Of a DNA stretch of 64,000 nt, positions 14,480 through 26,884 are shown in pieces. How positions within the stretch are numbered: the first letter of the stretch is position 1; every line of letters starts with the position of its first letter. Below the pieces are notes generated by a model. It saw only the letters and a list, made by a program, of their open reading frames with translations, was not told the DNA's origin and did no database searches. The translations under genes and the position numbers were made by a program. The stretch is from positions 15,252,001-15,316,000 of the forward strand of contig NC_043004.1 of the NCBI RefSeq assembly GCF_006345805.1, in the 5' to 3' direction. This DNA is from Octopus sinensis (Eukaryota).

Positions 14480-14808
14480 ATATTATGTATGTGTGAATAC
14501 ACACACCTACACACACACAAACACACACACAAATACGCACACTCAGACGCATGCATGTATGTTTAAAAACACACACATATGTATACGTACATATATAAGT
14601 AGATACATATATATACATATATATACACACATATATATTTATATATATATAAATATATGCTCATACACATACAGTTCACATATATAAATGCATATCTATA
14701 TATGTGTATATATATATTATATATATATATATCAATAAATGCATATATGCGTGTATATATTCATGTATATATATATACACAATTTATATATATATATATA
14801 TGTGTATA

Positions 14809-14878
<70 letters not shown>

Positions 14879-14888
14879 ATATAATATA

Positions 14889-14939
<51 letters not shown>

Positions 14940-14966
14940 TACATACACACACATATACACATATAA
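14480..14966. repeat. Large compound (CA)n/(TA)n low-complexity block
   Basis: Direct. Source of the ORFs at 14433-15057. Confidence 0.95.
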
Positions 14967-14981
14967 ATCGCTAGATATCTG

Positions 14982-15156
14982 GCTAATGTGTATCGTTGGC
15001 GATTTTCCTTCTACGTCTTCCCTTCTTTGGACTTTTTCTATATTCCTCGAAATGTGAAACCATCTTTCTTATCTTTCCGTTTCTGAGCGTCCAATAACAC
15101 AGAACTTATTCCACGTCCTCGTTGTTTTTTCTTGCTTGTTCATATTTAGATTGACT
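14982..15156 (+). mobile_element. Short repeat between microsatellites, homologous to 46119-46223. Putative Penelope pseudo-LTR relic keeping only the 3' half of the HHR motif
   Basis: gtgtatcgttggcgattttccttctacgtcttcccttctttggac aligns with the reverse complement of 46170-46217. ctcGAAAtgtgaaac at 15046-15060. Confidence 0.6.
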
Positions 15157-15170
15157 ATATATATATATAT

Positions 15171-15245
<75 letters not shown>

Positions 15246-15290
15246 GATAGATAGATAGATTGATAGATAGATTGATAGATAGATAGATGA
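15157..15290. repeat. (TA)n + (TAGA)n microsatellite
   Basis: Direct. Confidence 0.95.
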
Positions 15291-16319
15291 ATATCAAAGC
15301 ATGAGTGTTTGTGAGTTTGTTTATGAAATATCTATTTGCATTCAGGTTTACTGCACAAATTGTCCTTATTACTTACACCAACATTTGTTTTCTGGCATTT
15401 CATAAATGGATATGCCCGGGAGTTTGAGAATGCTTTAGAAATGCGATGAAACAAGAAAACGAAAACATCTAAGAATATATTCTTGTGCTGCTGTGTGTGT
15501 GTGTGTGTGCCAGTATGTGTGTGTCCTTGTGTGTGTCTGTGTGCATAAAAAAATGGAATCTGTACAAACCTTAGAATATGTTTGGATGTTTGAATATAAC
15601 GTGTTTGTAATCTAGTATCTATATACGTATAAGTATGAAGGTTGCACATACTATATAAATGAGCACGAAGTGGTCCTTTTCCAACAAGTCAAAACAAAAA
15701 TGGCATCAACTGAAGCTACTTTATCAAATTATAAGATGCACATATTTCTTGAAAAAAAATTCTAAAGTACACGATACGAAATACGAAAGTGTAATCTACT
15801 CTAGGAAATTAAACTTAAGATTTGCAGCAAAACACATGAAACTCAATTAAATTATGATTCACCGTATATGAAATGAAGAGAGAAAATTTTCAAATGTAGT
15901 CTTTTACTTAAACGGATTACATCTACAAATTGTCACGCGCGTGGAAATAAACGCGCATACTGACATATGCTTGCATAACACAGTCAAAAATATATATTTA
16001 GAGCACTTACCTACATATGCATTTGTGCTTGTGTGTGACAATGTCCGCGTATGTTTTTTTTTTATTTTCTATAGTGTATAATTGTATTTTTGAATTTACT
16101 GATTATGTAAGAAAAGAAATGACATGTATGATAAAATAATTAACTGAAAATTCTAAGTTTGTTTAAATTGGTGATAAAAATATATGATGCATGACGTTGA
16201 TGGCAAATGTAAGTAAACATGTTGAAAATAAAGAAAAATGTAGAAGATAATTAAATTATTGATATTATGGTTGTTGCTGTCGTTTGTATTTTCAGCGTTG
16301 CTGCTGCTTCTGCTGTCGT

Positions 16320-16870
16320 AAGTGCGTTGGAATAGCAGAATCGTTAACGCGTCGGGTAAAATTTTTAGCGGCTTTTATATCTGGTTCATCTCTTGGGAAT
16401 GCGCCGAAGTCGATTTTACCTCCAACTCTTTCAGTGGAGGTACGTTAAATATCGGTTGAGCAGTAGTGCTGTTGTAGTCGATTTGCCCCCGTCCCTAAAA
16501 TTGCCGACGTTGAGCCAATTTCAAAAGTAGTATTGTCGTTATGTATACTGTCGTTTCAACGATGGTGAGTTGTCTGAATCCCTACAGTGTCGGACAATTA
16601 TGCTTTCTGGCATTATTTCCGCTCTTTACTAAGTGATCTCTAATCCCATCGTGATCAAATTTGATTTTGAACCTTTACACATCGTCCCCACAAAATTGCT
16701 GTCATGCCACCTAATTCATAAACAATCAGCATTATTATTAATATTTGTAGCAAACAACAATAATATTAATAATGGTTCTTTTAAATACACAAAAGACCGA
16801 CAATTTGTGTGGATCATGTAGGTGAATGAAATGGACAAGGCCGTTACGTTATTTTATCAATCATGGAAGG
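16320..16870. mobile_element. Cluster of two or three degenerate family A SINE copies
   Basis: gcagaatcgttaacgcgtcgggtaaaatttttagcgg...gccgaagtcgattttacc (+, 16335-16530), a second head gatggtgagttgtctgaatcc (+, ~16560) and a minus-strand tail fragment near 16770-16870. Confidence 0.6.
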
Positions 16871-19244
16871 GAGAATCAGTTCATTAAGTGCCTAAATAAA
16901 TACTGCAAAACATTTTGCCTGATATTCAAAAGATATCAAAATACAAATATTTACGATTTAACAAATTGTTATAATGAATATAAATACATCATACATCATA
17001 ACTGCTGTAAACATAAACCACAAGATTTTCCTATCACTGAAATACCTTTTGTATTGTTACTTTTCAATATCACATATTTACTGTTTGTAGTTTTGTCGCC
17101 AATATGAAAACTTGATTTTCATTATATCCATCAAAGGAAATAAAATGTTCATTGTATGTCATGCATCTCCCTAAATTTAACACGAAATATTAAAGGTATA
17201 CGAAAGCGAATATTTGTTTTAGGAAAACAGTTTATTATGGTAGAGAGAGAAAATTTACAAAAGACAAGTGTTTAGTCAGCTTGCAGAGCAGTAGTTTTGG
17301 AAAGTATGTAGGCTTTGCGACAAGTACTGATAGAAATAAAAACTTGATCGCAACACAAATATATGTTACTATCATTCCCGTATTGTTAATATTCGTAATA
17401 AAAAAAAAACCTGTCCGTTGCTTTCGTAGATGGCTGTAGATTCCATATCCACTTCAATAATGTAAAGAATTTCAATCAACTGATCTTATTAATGTTATCT
17501 TGTGTTCTTGGTTTTCGATTCCCATCTCTTCTAGATGAAGTGATTAATAATAGCTCACAAAAATCTTAATTGATCAAAGTGGCTTTTTAAAAAGAAAAAC
17601 ATAATCTTGCATGTGAGATACCATATTGAGTTTCAGCGCTAGATTGGCTAATATTTCGTCTAATAATTGTATGATGCTTGACCGACTACCGTAACTAGAG
17701 CAAATCATCAACAGTTTAAACAGCGGATTAAAAACAGAAATAAAAGGATTAGCGTTTTATTTGATCAAATTAATTTCTAATCATTGAGAATATCTGGAGC
17801 ATGGATTAAGAAAATATTTAAGATCAAATCATACTGTGATCTCGGGTGAGAAACCGATTGATCTCCAATGATGTGAGGTATGACAAAATAAAGCAAAATT
17901 AAACGTAGGTGCTTTCATTACTACATCTGATATTTACGACCTCGGCAAATGAATGTTTATGAAAAATAAAAGTAGAAAGCGTATTATAATATTAATATAT
18001 ACACAGAGACCTGCGATGAGGATATAACAAAATGAAGAATTAAAGACCCTGCATTATCAAAACTAGCGATCGGATAGTAAAGAAGCTACACAAACAAAGA
18101 AAATAATCAGGTGAAATTGAAAAGCATTGGGAGAACAAATAATTCAAAATAAAATTAAATGTAGTAATTTCTGCGTCATAAATCTGCTTTCATTTTCGTA
18201 CATTTCACATTGACGTAAACGTCTAAATAAGTTACTGAATTAACGAAATCTCCTGCAGTCCTAGAGCTATAAATAGTTTATATCGATTTATTCTATATAA
18301 TTTTTGGTATAGCATTCTTTAATTTTCCTCAATTTTAAAGAACGTTTCTACGAGAAACATTCAGAGTTAAACAATACGATAAAGAATTTTTTTTTTTTTA
18401 ATATTAAGAGAAATAATTTGATCAAGTAAATAATGAAAAGAGATACTGCAATGAATTCGGCTCTATCACTAGATAATAAGTTAATCGTGGGTTTTGGTAT
18501 TGCATATAATGTATTAAACTTAAGCAAGAAAGAAACTCATTCCTCCCCAGGCAAGTTTCCGCTCTTCTACAGAGCTCGTTTCTTATCACTAACTCATCTT
18601 TTCCAAAGCTCTGCATAATATTACATTGATTATTTAAAGTCAACATCAAATATTACTCGTATGTACATATATGTGATGCCATGGAAATGATTAAATGTTT
18701 ACAGATAACAGGGTAAAACGAAATAAACAAGATACGCATTTCTAGATAAAAATGAAGCATTATATTCTTAATCTGTTTGATTTCGAAAAATGTGGCGAAA
18801 AGTTTGAGTGGCAGACAGAAAAGAAATACAATATTGAATAAGAATAATTTATACCCAAGACATTAAATTCATTATTAACGGCGCATACATCTCCACCCTT
18901 CACAATGTATAATGTAATTCATTCATTCAAACAAATTAATCTAAAATCGTGTTTGCTGAAAAGTGCAAAGTTTTATGAAAGTCTAAGGTACATAAATAGT
19001 CAGAAATAATTGTCTGCATAAGGGGATTTATGCAGGTATAATATATAAAATCCGACGTATATGTCATTAAAAGTATGTCTAATAATATTTCCTGCTTCAA
19101 CAGACGCCACACATCAGATATTAGCACTGAATCGGTGAGAGTTTCATTACTTTAGCTACCACCACTTCATTTATCATTGTCGAAACTACAGCTTTAAACA
19201 GCAAACACTAAACATATGAGCAAATGAGTGTCTGTGAACGTGTG

Positions 19245-19475
19245 AATAGATAGATAAATACATACATATATATACACACACACACATACACACACATATA
19301 TATATATATACATACACACATGCATATACATATATATGTATAAATACATATATATATGTATATATACATATACATTTAATGTATTTGTGTGTGTATATAT
19401 ATATATTATATATATATATATATATACATATACATATGTGTATTATGTATGTACATACGTACATGTATGTATATA
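19245..19475. repeat. Compound (CA)/(TA)/(TATG) block
   Basis: Direct. Confidence 0.9.
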
Positions 19476-20194
19476 AAATATTAAAGTTGTAAATATAGCA
19501 TATATTTTCGATTAAGTCTGAACCGGATAGCTTAAGCGATTATTTAAATTTATTTCCTCCCTACATTGCCTGAAATCAAATCATTCCAATATAGACATGA
19601 CACGATTATTTCGGTGTTTATCTTTTCTACAATTTTGAGATAACATGATATCTTAGAAAAGTGATTCATGTAAGAAGAAAATAGAAACTTGTAGAAGACC
19701 GAAACCTTGAAGCCTCTTTCCACCACGATATTGAAATATGCCTGGACGGAAAATGCGAGGATTTCTATTGTTCTTGTTTGAAAACATTCTCTGATTATGC
19801 ATAAATGCCACAGAATATATAATTGTCTAAACGGAGATCTGTGATCAATTTTTAAAATGTCACTTAACTTTTGATTTTGTTATATCAATCGCATTATGAT
19901 TAGAATCATTATTTGTAAGAAAACCTACGAAAATAATGTTATGATCCACAATATGACGCCGTCAGTTATAACAGAAACTAAAATTGTTTAACCTCGAAAA
20001 AAGGTATTGAATTTGAACAATCTAAAACATCAAGTTTCATGCCCTGGTCAAATTTATATTGAAATAGTGTTGCGAATTTTCACATGGCTCACACACATTG
20101 GTTTTGCGCATTATTTTGGAGGTATGTTTACTCCATTACTTACATAGCTCCATGAAAGTACTACAGAAGAGGATTGCAACTTCATTGTGTTGAA

Positions 20195-20372
20195 ATATTG
20201 GCTTTAAATTTCAGCACAAGACCAACAATACCACGTTACGTATTTTATCAACTCCGAAATTATGAAAGGCAAAGTCGGCCTCAGTGGAATTTGAACTCCA
20301 AGGGTAAAGACGGAGAAAATGCATATGAGCACCCTGCCGGGAGTACTAACGATGTTACCAGCTTGCTACCTT
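20195..20372 (-). mobile_element. SINE family A copy (degenerate)
   Basis: atgaaaggcaaagtcggcctcagtggaatttgaactc...ctaacgatgttaccagcttgctacctt. Confidence 0.8.
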
Positions 20373-21157
20373 ATTATATTGTGATACTGCTAGCAAGTAC
20401 AATAACATTATCTCCTCGTAATTTTCTCAAACTAGGTTAGAGGAAAGCGCAGTCATATCATTAATGTTCCTCTTTAAAAGCTGTACTTTATCCTGAGGGG
20501 TAATTATGATCAAGGGAGATTCTAAATGCTTGAGGATTTGGAGAAAGAAACGTGTTCGGTGAATATGCGAAGGAATAGACATAGGGAGATTCATAAGACA
20601 TATGACTATTGGTACAAGAATGTCTGAAATGAGGCGATATGAGACCGGTCAGTTCAAAGAAGAGGGGATCATTATTACATTAGTAGAAAAGCCAGAGATT
20701 TAAGACACCAAGCCTGTTCCCCAGAGGTTGTCTGTCATTGTCTTTATACTAATCAGTCTGCTTTTTTTTCTTTTTTACCTGAATGTGGACCTACATATTT
20801 GTGTGCATAGCAACAGAATCGTCCAGCAAAGGGAAGCAATAATTCGTTCTAGGATTCACCTGAGGCCTCCTGGCTAATATCGTGGCAAAAATTGAAAGTA
20901 AGCTCATTCAGCTAATAATTCATACTTTATTTGATAGTTAACTGTCTATTTTGTTATTTGGTAACGAATGGGAATTACTATACAGCGGCGTAAAGAAAGA
21001 TAATCAGAACAGTCATTTTATCGACCACAAAGGGATGAAAGGTGGCATTTATTTTAGCAGACGGTTGAAATTAAATACTAAATACTCTATCACTTCATAG
21101 TTTCTGCTAATTTAATTGCCACTATACGAAAATAGCCAACAACAGATCAGAAGCAGG

Positions 21158-21496
<339 letters not shown>

Positions 21497-22058
21497 CTAT
21501 ATAGATATAATAATGCAATAAAACATAGTCTCTTATGATGTATTACGTCTAAATAAATGTTGCAATAAAGAGACATTTTAGATTTACCAGAAATCATTAC
21601 TGACATTTTCCAATATATCACTACAAGAATTTGTTGGTGGCATTTTCGAACATTAGCAGAAAAATTGCAATTTTGTTTTTAAAAAAAATTGAAAAATCTA
21701 TTGCAAAAAAACATAATTCATTGCTCTTCACATACAAATTAAGTATATGGAACAGGTCTATAAAAACAATTCCAATAATGCAAAACCATTCAAATTTTAC
21801 TACAAAAGATTTACATTTATTTAACGGTAGGCTAATCACGTGACAACTTGACTATTTCGAGCATATAAGAGCATATAAAATTTAATATCAGGAAATCTTT
21901 TGTGAAGTTATAATGTGCAATTTTTACTAAACTTAATAGTTACAAATTTTGATGGCATGTTTTTTGGCCACATTGTATTCTTTCTTTCTTTCTTTCTTTC
22001 TTTCTGTCTGTCTGTATATTTTGTATATTACATACATACATATATATATATATATATA

Positions 22059-22101
<43 letters not shown>

Positions 22102-22457
22102 ACACACACCACTGGCGTGGAGCGAGTTGCTCGGGCAAGCAAAATCTTCAAACAGCACAGTAACTATTGAGTTAGGATAATATTGATTACTTTATTCTCG
22201 TAGATTTGGTGTGTGTGTGTTGTGTGTGTGTGTGTGAATATGTATAGGTATATGTGTATATTAGTATATGTGTGTGTATCCCTTTGCACCCTTTTCACTA
22301 CGTTTTTTATCCTACCTCAGCTTGAGAACAGGTACAGGTTTCTTTACCGCCTCCTACTTCCGGAACAAGGGACAATAGTGTAAATACTATAACAAAATTA
22401 CTGAGATTGATTCATTCGACTAAATGTTTCAGGGCAATTTCCCAGCGTGATCGCATT

Positions 22458-22458
22458 G

Positions 22459-22548
<90 letters not shown>

Positions 22549-22635
22549 TATCTATCTATCCATCTATCTATCTATTATCTATCTATCATCTATCTATCTA
22601 TCTAATCTATCTATCTATATATCTATTATTATCTA

Positions 22636-22715
<80 letters not shown>

Positions 22716-22716
22716 T
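22458..22716. repeat. Compound (TATC)n-(TC)n-(TA)n-(GA)n microsatellite
   Basis: Direct. Confidence 0.95.
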
Positions 22717-22771
22717 ACCAACATATAGATATAGATATGCATATAGAAACATATATATATTCATATTCTAT

Positions 22772-23090
22772 TATTCTTTTACTTGTTTCAGTCATTTAAC
22801 TGCGGCCATGCCGGAGCACCGCCTTTGATCGAAGAAAGAAAACCTGGAATTATTTTTTGTAAGTCTAGTACTTATTCTATCAGTTTCGTTTGCAAAATCG
22901 CTTAGTTGCGGGGTCGTAAACACACCAACATCGGTTATCAAACGATGGTTGGACATACGCAGACATACAAACATATACACATACTTCTACCAAATCCACT
23001 CACTACGCTTTTGTTGGCCCGAAGTTGTAGCAGAACTATGTTGTTGGGAAGCACGTTTCATACTATACACCAACTCCTCCGCCTTAAAGA
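22772..23090 (-). mobile_element. SINE family B copy
   Basis: cttttacttgtttcagtcatttaactgcggccatgccggagcaccgcc...ctagtacttattctatc...ctaccaaatccactcac is the reverse complement of the 35196-35592 copy. Confidence 0.85.
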
Positions 23091-23100
23091 TACATAACGA

Positions 23101-23186
23101 TGGAGAGAAAGAGAGAGAGGGTGGAGAGAGAGAGAAAGAGAAAGAGAGAGAGAGAGAGAGAAAGAGAAAGAGAGAGAGAGAGAGAT
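23101..23186. repeat. (GA)n-rich polypurine tract
   Basis: Direct. Confidence 0.9.
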
Positions 23187-23662
23187 ACATGTTTATTAGC
23201 ATATATCAGCATATATCAATTTATATGTATATGCGTGTATATATGTATTTAGCCTGACTCTTTCCCCTCTAGCTCTCTTTCACTCTCCCTGTCTTATATA
23301 TAATATATGTATAGTTTTTTCTCTACTCTTGATTTATATGTTGTATAGTTTTTCTTTTCGTATGACGTGTAGTTTATATTTACATATCCAATTAGGCGTA
23401 TGCTGAGGAAGACATCAAACTTTTAAATATATATTACAGAGAAATAGCTATGGCTAGCCACATAAAAAAATGTTCTATTTTGTAGAATAATAATCCTCAC
23501 AAGGAAGTTATTGATGTGTGTGATTGTATGGAAGCATCTGAACAGGCAGTAATTCCAAGGAAATACATGTTTCTTAGAGATATACAAACACGGGTATGTA
23601 TCTTTATAAATATATATGTGGACAAGGATATACGCACGAATATAAGTGTCTACATACATACG

Positions 23663-23710
<48 letters not shown>

Positions 23711-23927
23711 TATAAATTTCTGTATGTGTGTGTGTGTGTGTTTGTGAATACGTTTGTAAATGTGCATGCATTCATACTCACATACACACACATATCCACA
23801 CATATACTCATATATTTATCATTTACTCAATCCCCTGCAATTACTCACCAGAGCCATTACAGCGTTTCGTAATTGGCTTTCCTTTTCTTTCTGCTATCGA
23901 TTAAGACAGTAGTTGATTATGCATCAA

Positions 23928-24058
23928 TTTACTCTTTTATTCTTAGGATTGTTTCAGTCATTTGTCGGTACCCATGCTAGAGCACCGCCCTGAAGTATTT
24001 CAGTTGAACAAATCGGCACCAGGGCTTATTTGTCAAGCCTAGTACTTATTCTATTGGT
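23928..24058 (-). mobile_element. SINE family B 3' fragment
   Basis: ttgtttcagtcatttgtcggtacccatgctagagcaccgcc...aagcctagtacttattctattgg matches 22782-22882. Confidence 0.8.
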
Positions 24059-24140
24059 TCAGGATTCTAAAGTACGTACTTATGGATATTGGAGATCAGT
24101 ACGTTTAACTATTCCTTATTCTTCACTATGTGGTTTTATA

Positions 24141-24945
24141 CGAGGTCTGATAAATTAGTATCCGGACTGTTGCCATACTAAAGAAATTAAAGTACACAAA
24201 GTAAAGCGGCTGGGAAAAGATTGACCTCGAGCTCTGCTGTGCATGCCCACTAAGGTTTAGCATTGCAGCTTATTGTCGTGTCAATACCTGCTGTGAAGCC
24301 TACGCAAAGTTGCAGAAAATGTACAGAGAGGAGTGTATGAGCCACACACAAGTGTACGAGTGGTTCATATGTTTCCAAGATAGCAGAGAAAATTTCGATA
24401 GTGACAAACGTTCTGGGAAACCTGCAATCAGCAGAACTGAGAAAAACATTGCAGATGTACATGCAGCTGTGAGGGTAAATCGTCGAACCACCATCCATGA
24501 TTTATCAAAAGATGTGCATATTAGTAACGGTTCACTTGAGTTCATTATCATTGCAGATTTGAGTATGAGATGTGTGTCTCTCAAGTTTGCACCAAAACTG
24601 CTTTCGGCAGACCAAAACGACAGTCGGGTTTCAAATGTACAACATCGCCTTCATTTTGGCGAGAAGGATGAGAACTTTTATAAAACATTGCGAAGGCCTC
24701 TGAACAGGTACCGCAGGCTTTTGGCAAATTCTGATGCAGATTCACTACTCAACTTTCTCTGTCATGGTTAATGCGATGATCACACGCTATACAGCGTCCT
24801 TCCAAACACTGCTGTAAATAGCGGAAGTGAAGCTAGAACGTAAAACCTTAGTGCGCATGCACAGCGGAGTTCAAGGTCAATCTTTGCACAGCAGCTTTGC
24901 TTCGTTACTATGCCGACAGTCCGGATACTTATTGATCAGACCACG
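24141..24945 (+). mobile_element. Non-autonomous mariner (Tc1/mariner) element with long TIRs and TA TSD
   Basis: TA|cgaggtctgataaattagtatccggactgt ... acagtccggatacttattgatcagaccacg|TA. Inverted similarity extends over 24141-24271 vs 24830-24945. Contains a transposase fragment. Confidence 0.93.
24310..24771 (+). pseudogene. Truncated mariner transposase: N-terminal DNA-binding region (HTH1-linker-HTH2), no catalytic domain
   Basis: MSHTQVYEWF..F, DKRSGKP (RSGRP-like linker), NRRTTIHDLSKDVHISNGSLEFII..DLSMR (second HTH), FAPKLL (WVPHEL-equivalent). Similarity stops at DENFYK, just before the expected first catalytic Asp. ORF begins at a TTG, not an ATG. Confidence 0.9.
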
Positions 24946-25192
24946 TATATCTATATCTATTTTTAATAACCTGAGTTAGTAGAGAATTCACTACACCTTT
25001 ACACATTTGACCCTGTTGTTCTTATTATTGTTGTTGTTGCTGCTGCTGCTGCTGTGGTTGCTTTCTACCTGTAGCCAAATGGTGAAGTAATAGATGTGCG
25101 ACCAAAAGCGTTTCCTGCCATCATTTGCTTAACTGGTACTTTTATTTCGGTTCTCTTCTACCTTTCTTTTAGACTATTGTTTTGTGAAAAAA

Positions 25193-25679
25193 ATATTGCC
25201 AGAGATATTAATAGTTATCACCAAGCTAACATAGCAGTTCAGAAAAATATGACGAATGCTGTCATTAATTAGCTCCAAAAGACCATCGCCTCTAGCTAGT
25301 AATGTGACACAGAAAACTGTGTCCATCATAACCTTCGAACAGGAGAGGTCGGCAGCTTCTCCTTGCTGGTCTGGCATCCACAGACTAGTTTCGAGGTGGT
25401 TGCCTCTTATGAATGTAGAGTAGCAGAACCCACCCAGCGTCGCTGCTGACCGACTGTTCGAAGGATTATTTACCTAAATTTAGTGGAATACATCCACTGG
25501 ATTTCAAAAATAGAAATATCATCATTTCTAATTGTCTTTTATGGAGACTACGGCATCGGTATTGGATATTAATAGTTATCGCCATGTTAGCTTGGCGATA
25601 ACTATTTATATTCAGTACCGCTGCCGTAGTCTCCTTTAGAGAGAATTAGAAATAATAATATTTCTATATTGCCAGAGAT
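25193..25679 (-). mobile_element. TSD-flanked ~460-bp insertion with an HHR-like motif and a terminal fold-back (Penelope pseudo-LTR or retrozyme-like)
   Basis: Identical 14-bp direct repeats atattgccagagat at 25193-25206 and 25666-25679. Direct redundancy at 25204 and 25565 (361 bp apart). Hairpin 25510-25584 / 25593-25667. HHR-like motif at 25378-25418. Confidence 0.75.
25378..25418 (-). ncRNA. Degenerate minimal type-I hammerhead ribozyme motif
   Basis: Minus strand: CUACA-uUcAUaA-GAGG caacca CCUC-GAAA-CUAG-UC-UGUGG. Stems I and II pair, stem III is the palindrome ACUAGU, triplet GUC. The CUGANGA box has 3 substitutions. Confidence 0.6.
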
Positions 25680-26171
25680 TTTAAAAGAATGGTTCCCATG
25701 TCTATACACTTAATCTAATATCTACAAACTTACCTAATGGCTTGACAAATTATAGGTTAATGTAATAGACCTGTATCATTGAAAGACTGTTGATATCCAA
25801 AAGTGAGGTATATGACTCGGCTCTGTTTACAACACAAACTAAACAATGATGCGGAATAACGCAGTTTCAGGAAAAATAATTCGCATGTTACGATTCACAC
25901 CGTAATAGTTGATGTTATTTTTGTTGTTATTGTTCCTATTGTCATCGGTGGTGCTGTGTTTTTATACATTTGTATTTACCCGCAAACCTTTTCAGTGAGT
26001 GGATAATATGACCATTCTTTTTTTTTTTTTTACGAGAAGTGGAGGATGTAATATTTTTTTTATGTACAATTATTAATCTGTTGGTTTATTATGTTGAGAT
26101 ACTTCCGTTGGCTATATTTGGCCACTCGACAAAACAAAAAAATCCCAAACACAGTGCTAATGGTTTTCTAC

Positions 26172-26245
26172 GCACAGAGACACACACGCAAGTACACACA
26201 CACTCGCAAGTACACACACACACATACTCACACACGCACACACAC

Positions 26246-26333
<88 letters not shown>

Positions 26334-26345
26334 ATATATATATAT
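26172..26345. repeat. (CA)n + (TA)n microsatellite
   Basis: Direct. Confidence 0.95.
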
Positions 26346-26552
26346 GATATTTGTACTGATATCGCTATTGATAGATAAATATTTAATCTGCATCTATCGT
26401 TTCGTCGTGTATTTCAATTGAAATATATTCTTGTTCATCATCTACTCTTAATTTTAATTTTCTGTTAAGAAGATCAATAAAACTTCTTCAAAAATTTGTC
26501 TGCTCCGATCACATGATATGTAATCATTGCCGACAGTATGTCTCTTCAGATG

Positions 26553-26586
<34 letters not shown>

Positions 26587-26714
26587 CATCTCATACTAGA
26601 CTATTCTCAAATGAGCAATTAGACAATAGATATTTCGAAAAAGTTTCAGTTAAATCCCATTTAAATGTTGAACCCGGAGGTATAGAAGATTAATCACACA
26701 CGCGATTGCACACC

Positions 26715-26777
26715 AACTCACACACACACACACATATATATATAGAGATATATGTATATATACAAGCTTAAGCATAT

Positions 26778-26864
<87 letters not shown>

Positions 26865-26884
26865 ATGTATGTATGTATATATAC
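26715..26884. repeat. (CA)n/(TA)n/(TATG)n block
   Basis: Direct. Confidence 0.92.

Noticed and set aside
14800-14920. Quasi-periodic TT/AA phase shifts inside (TA)n tracts
   Set aside because: Explained by slippage or by sequencing and consensus indel errors in long TA runs.
17670-17885. Interrupted frame ending HTVISGEKP, like a C2H2 zinc-finger linker
   Set aside because: No Cys/His spacing around it and several stops. Probably chance.
20490-20745. Possible decayed LINE endonuclease on the minus strand (also 32260-32600)
   Set aside because: Only vague motif resemblance needing several frameshifts. Not supportable without BLASTX.
22110-22145. GC-rich mini hairpin gagc-gagtt-gctc next to a microsatellite, possible Helitron end
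   Set aside because: No CTAG/CTRR terminus at the expected distance and only a 4-bp stem.
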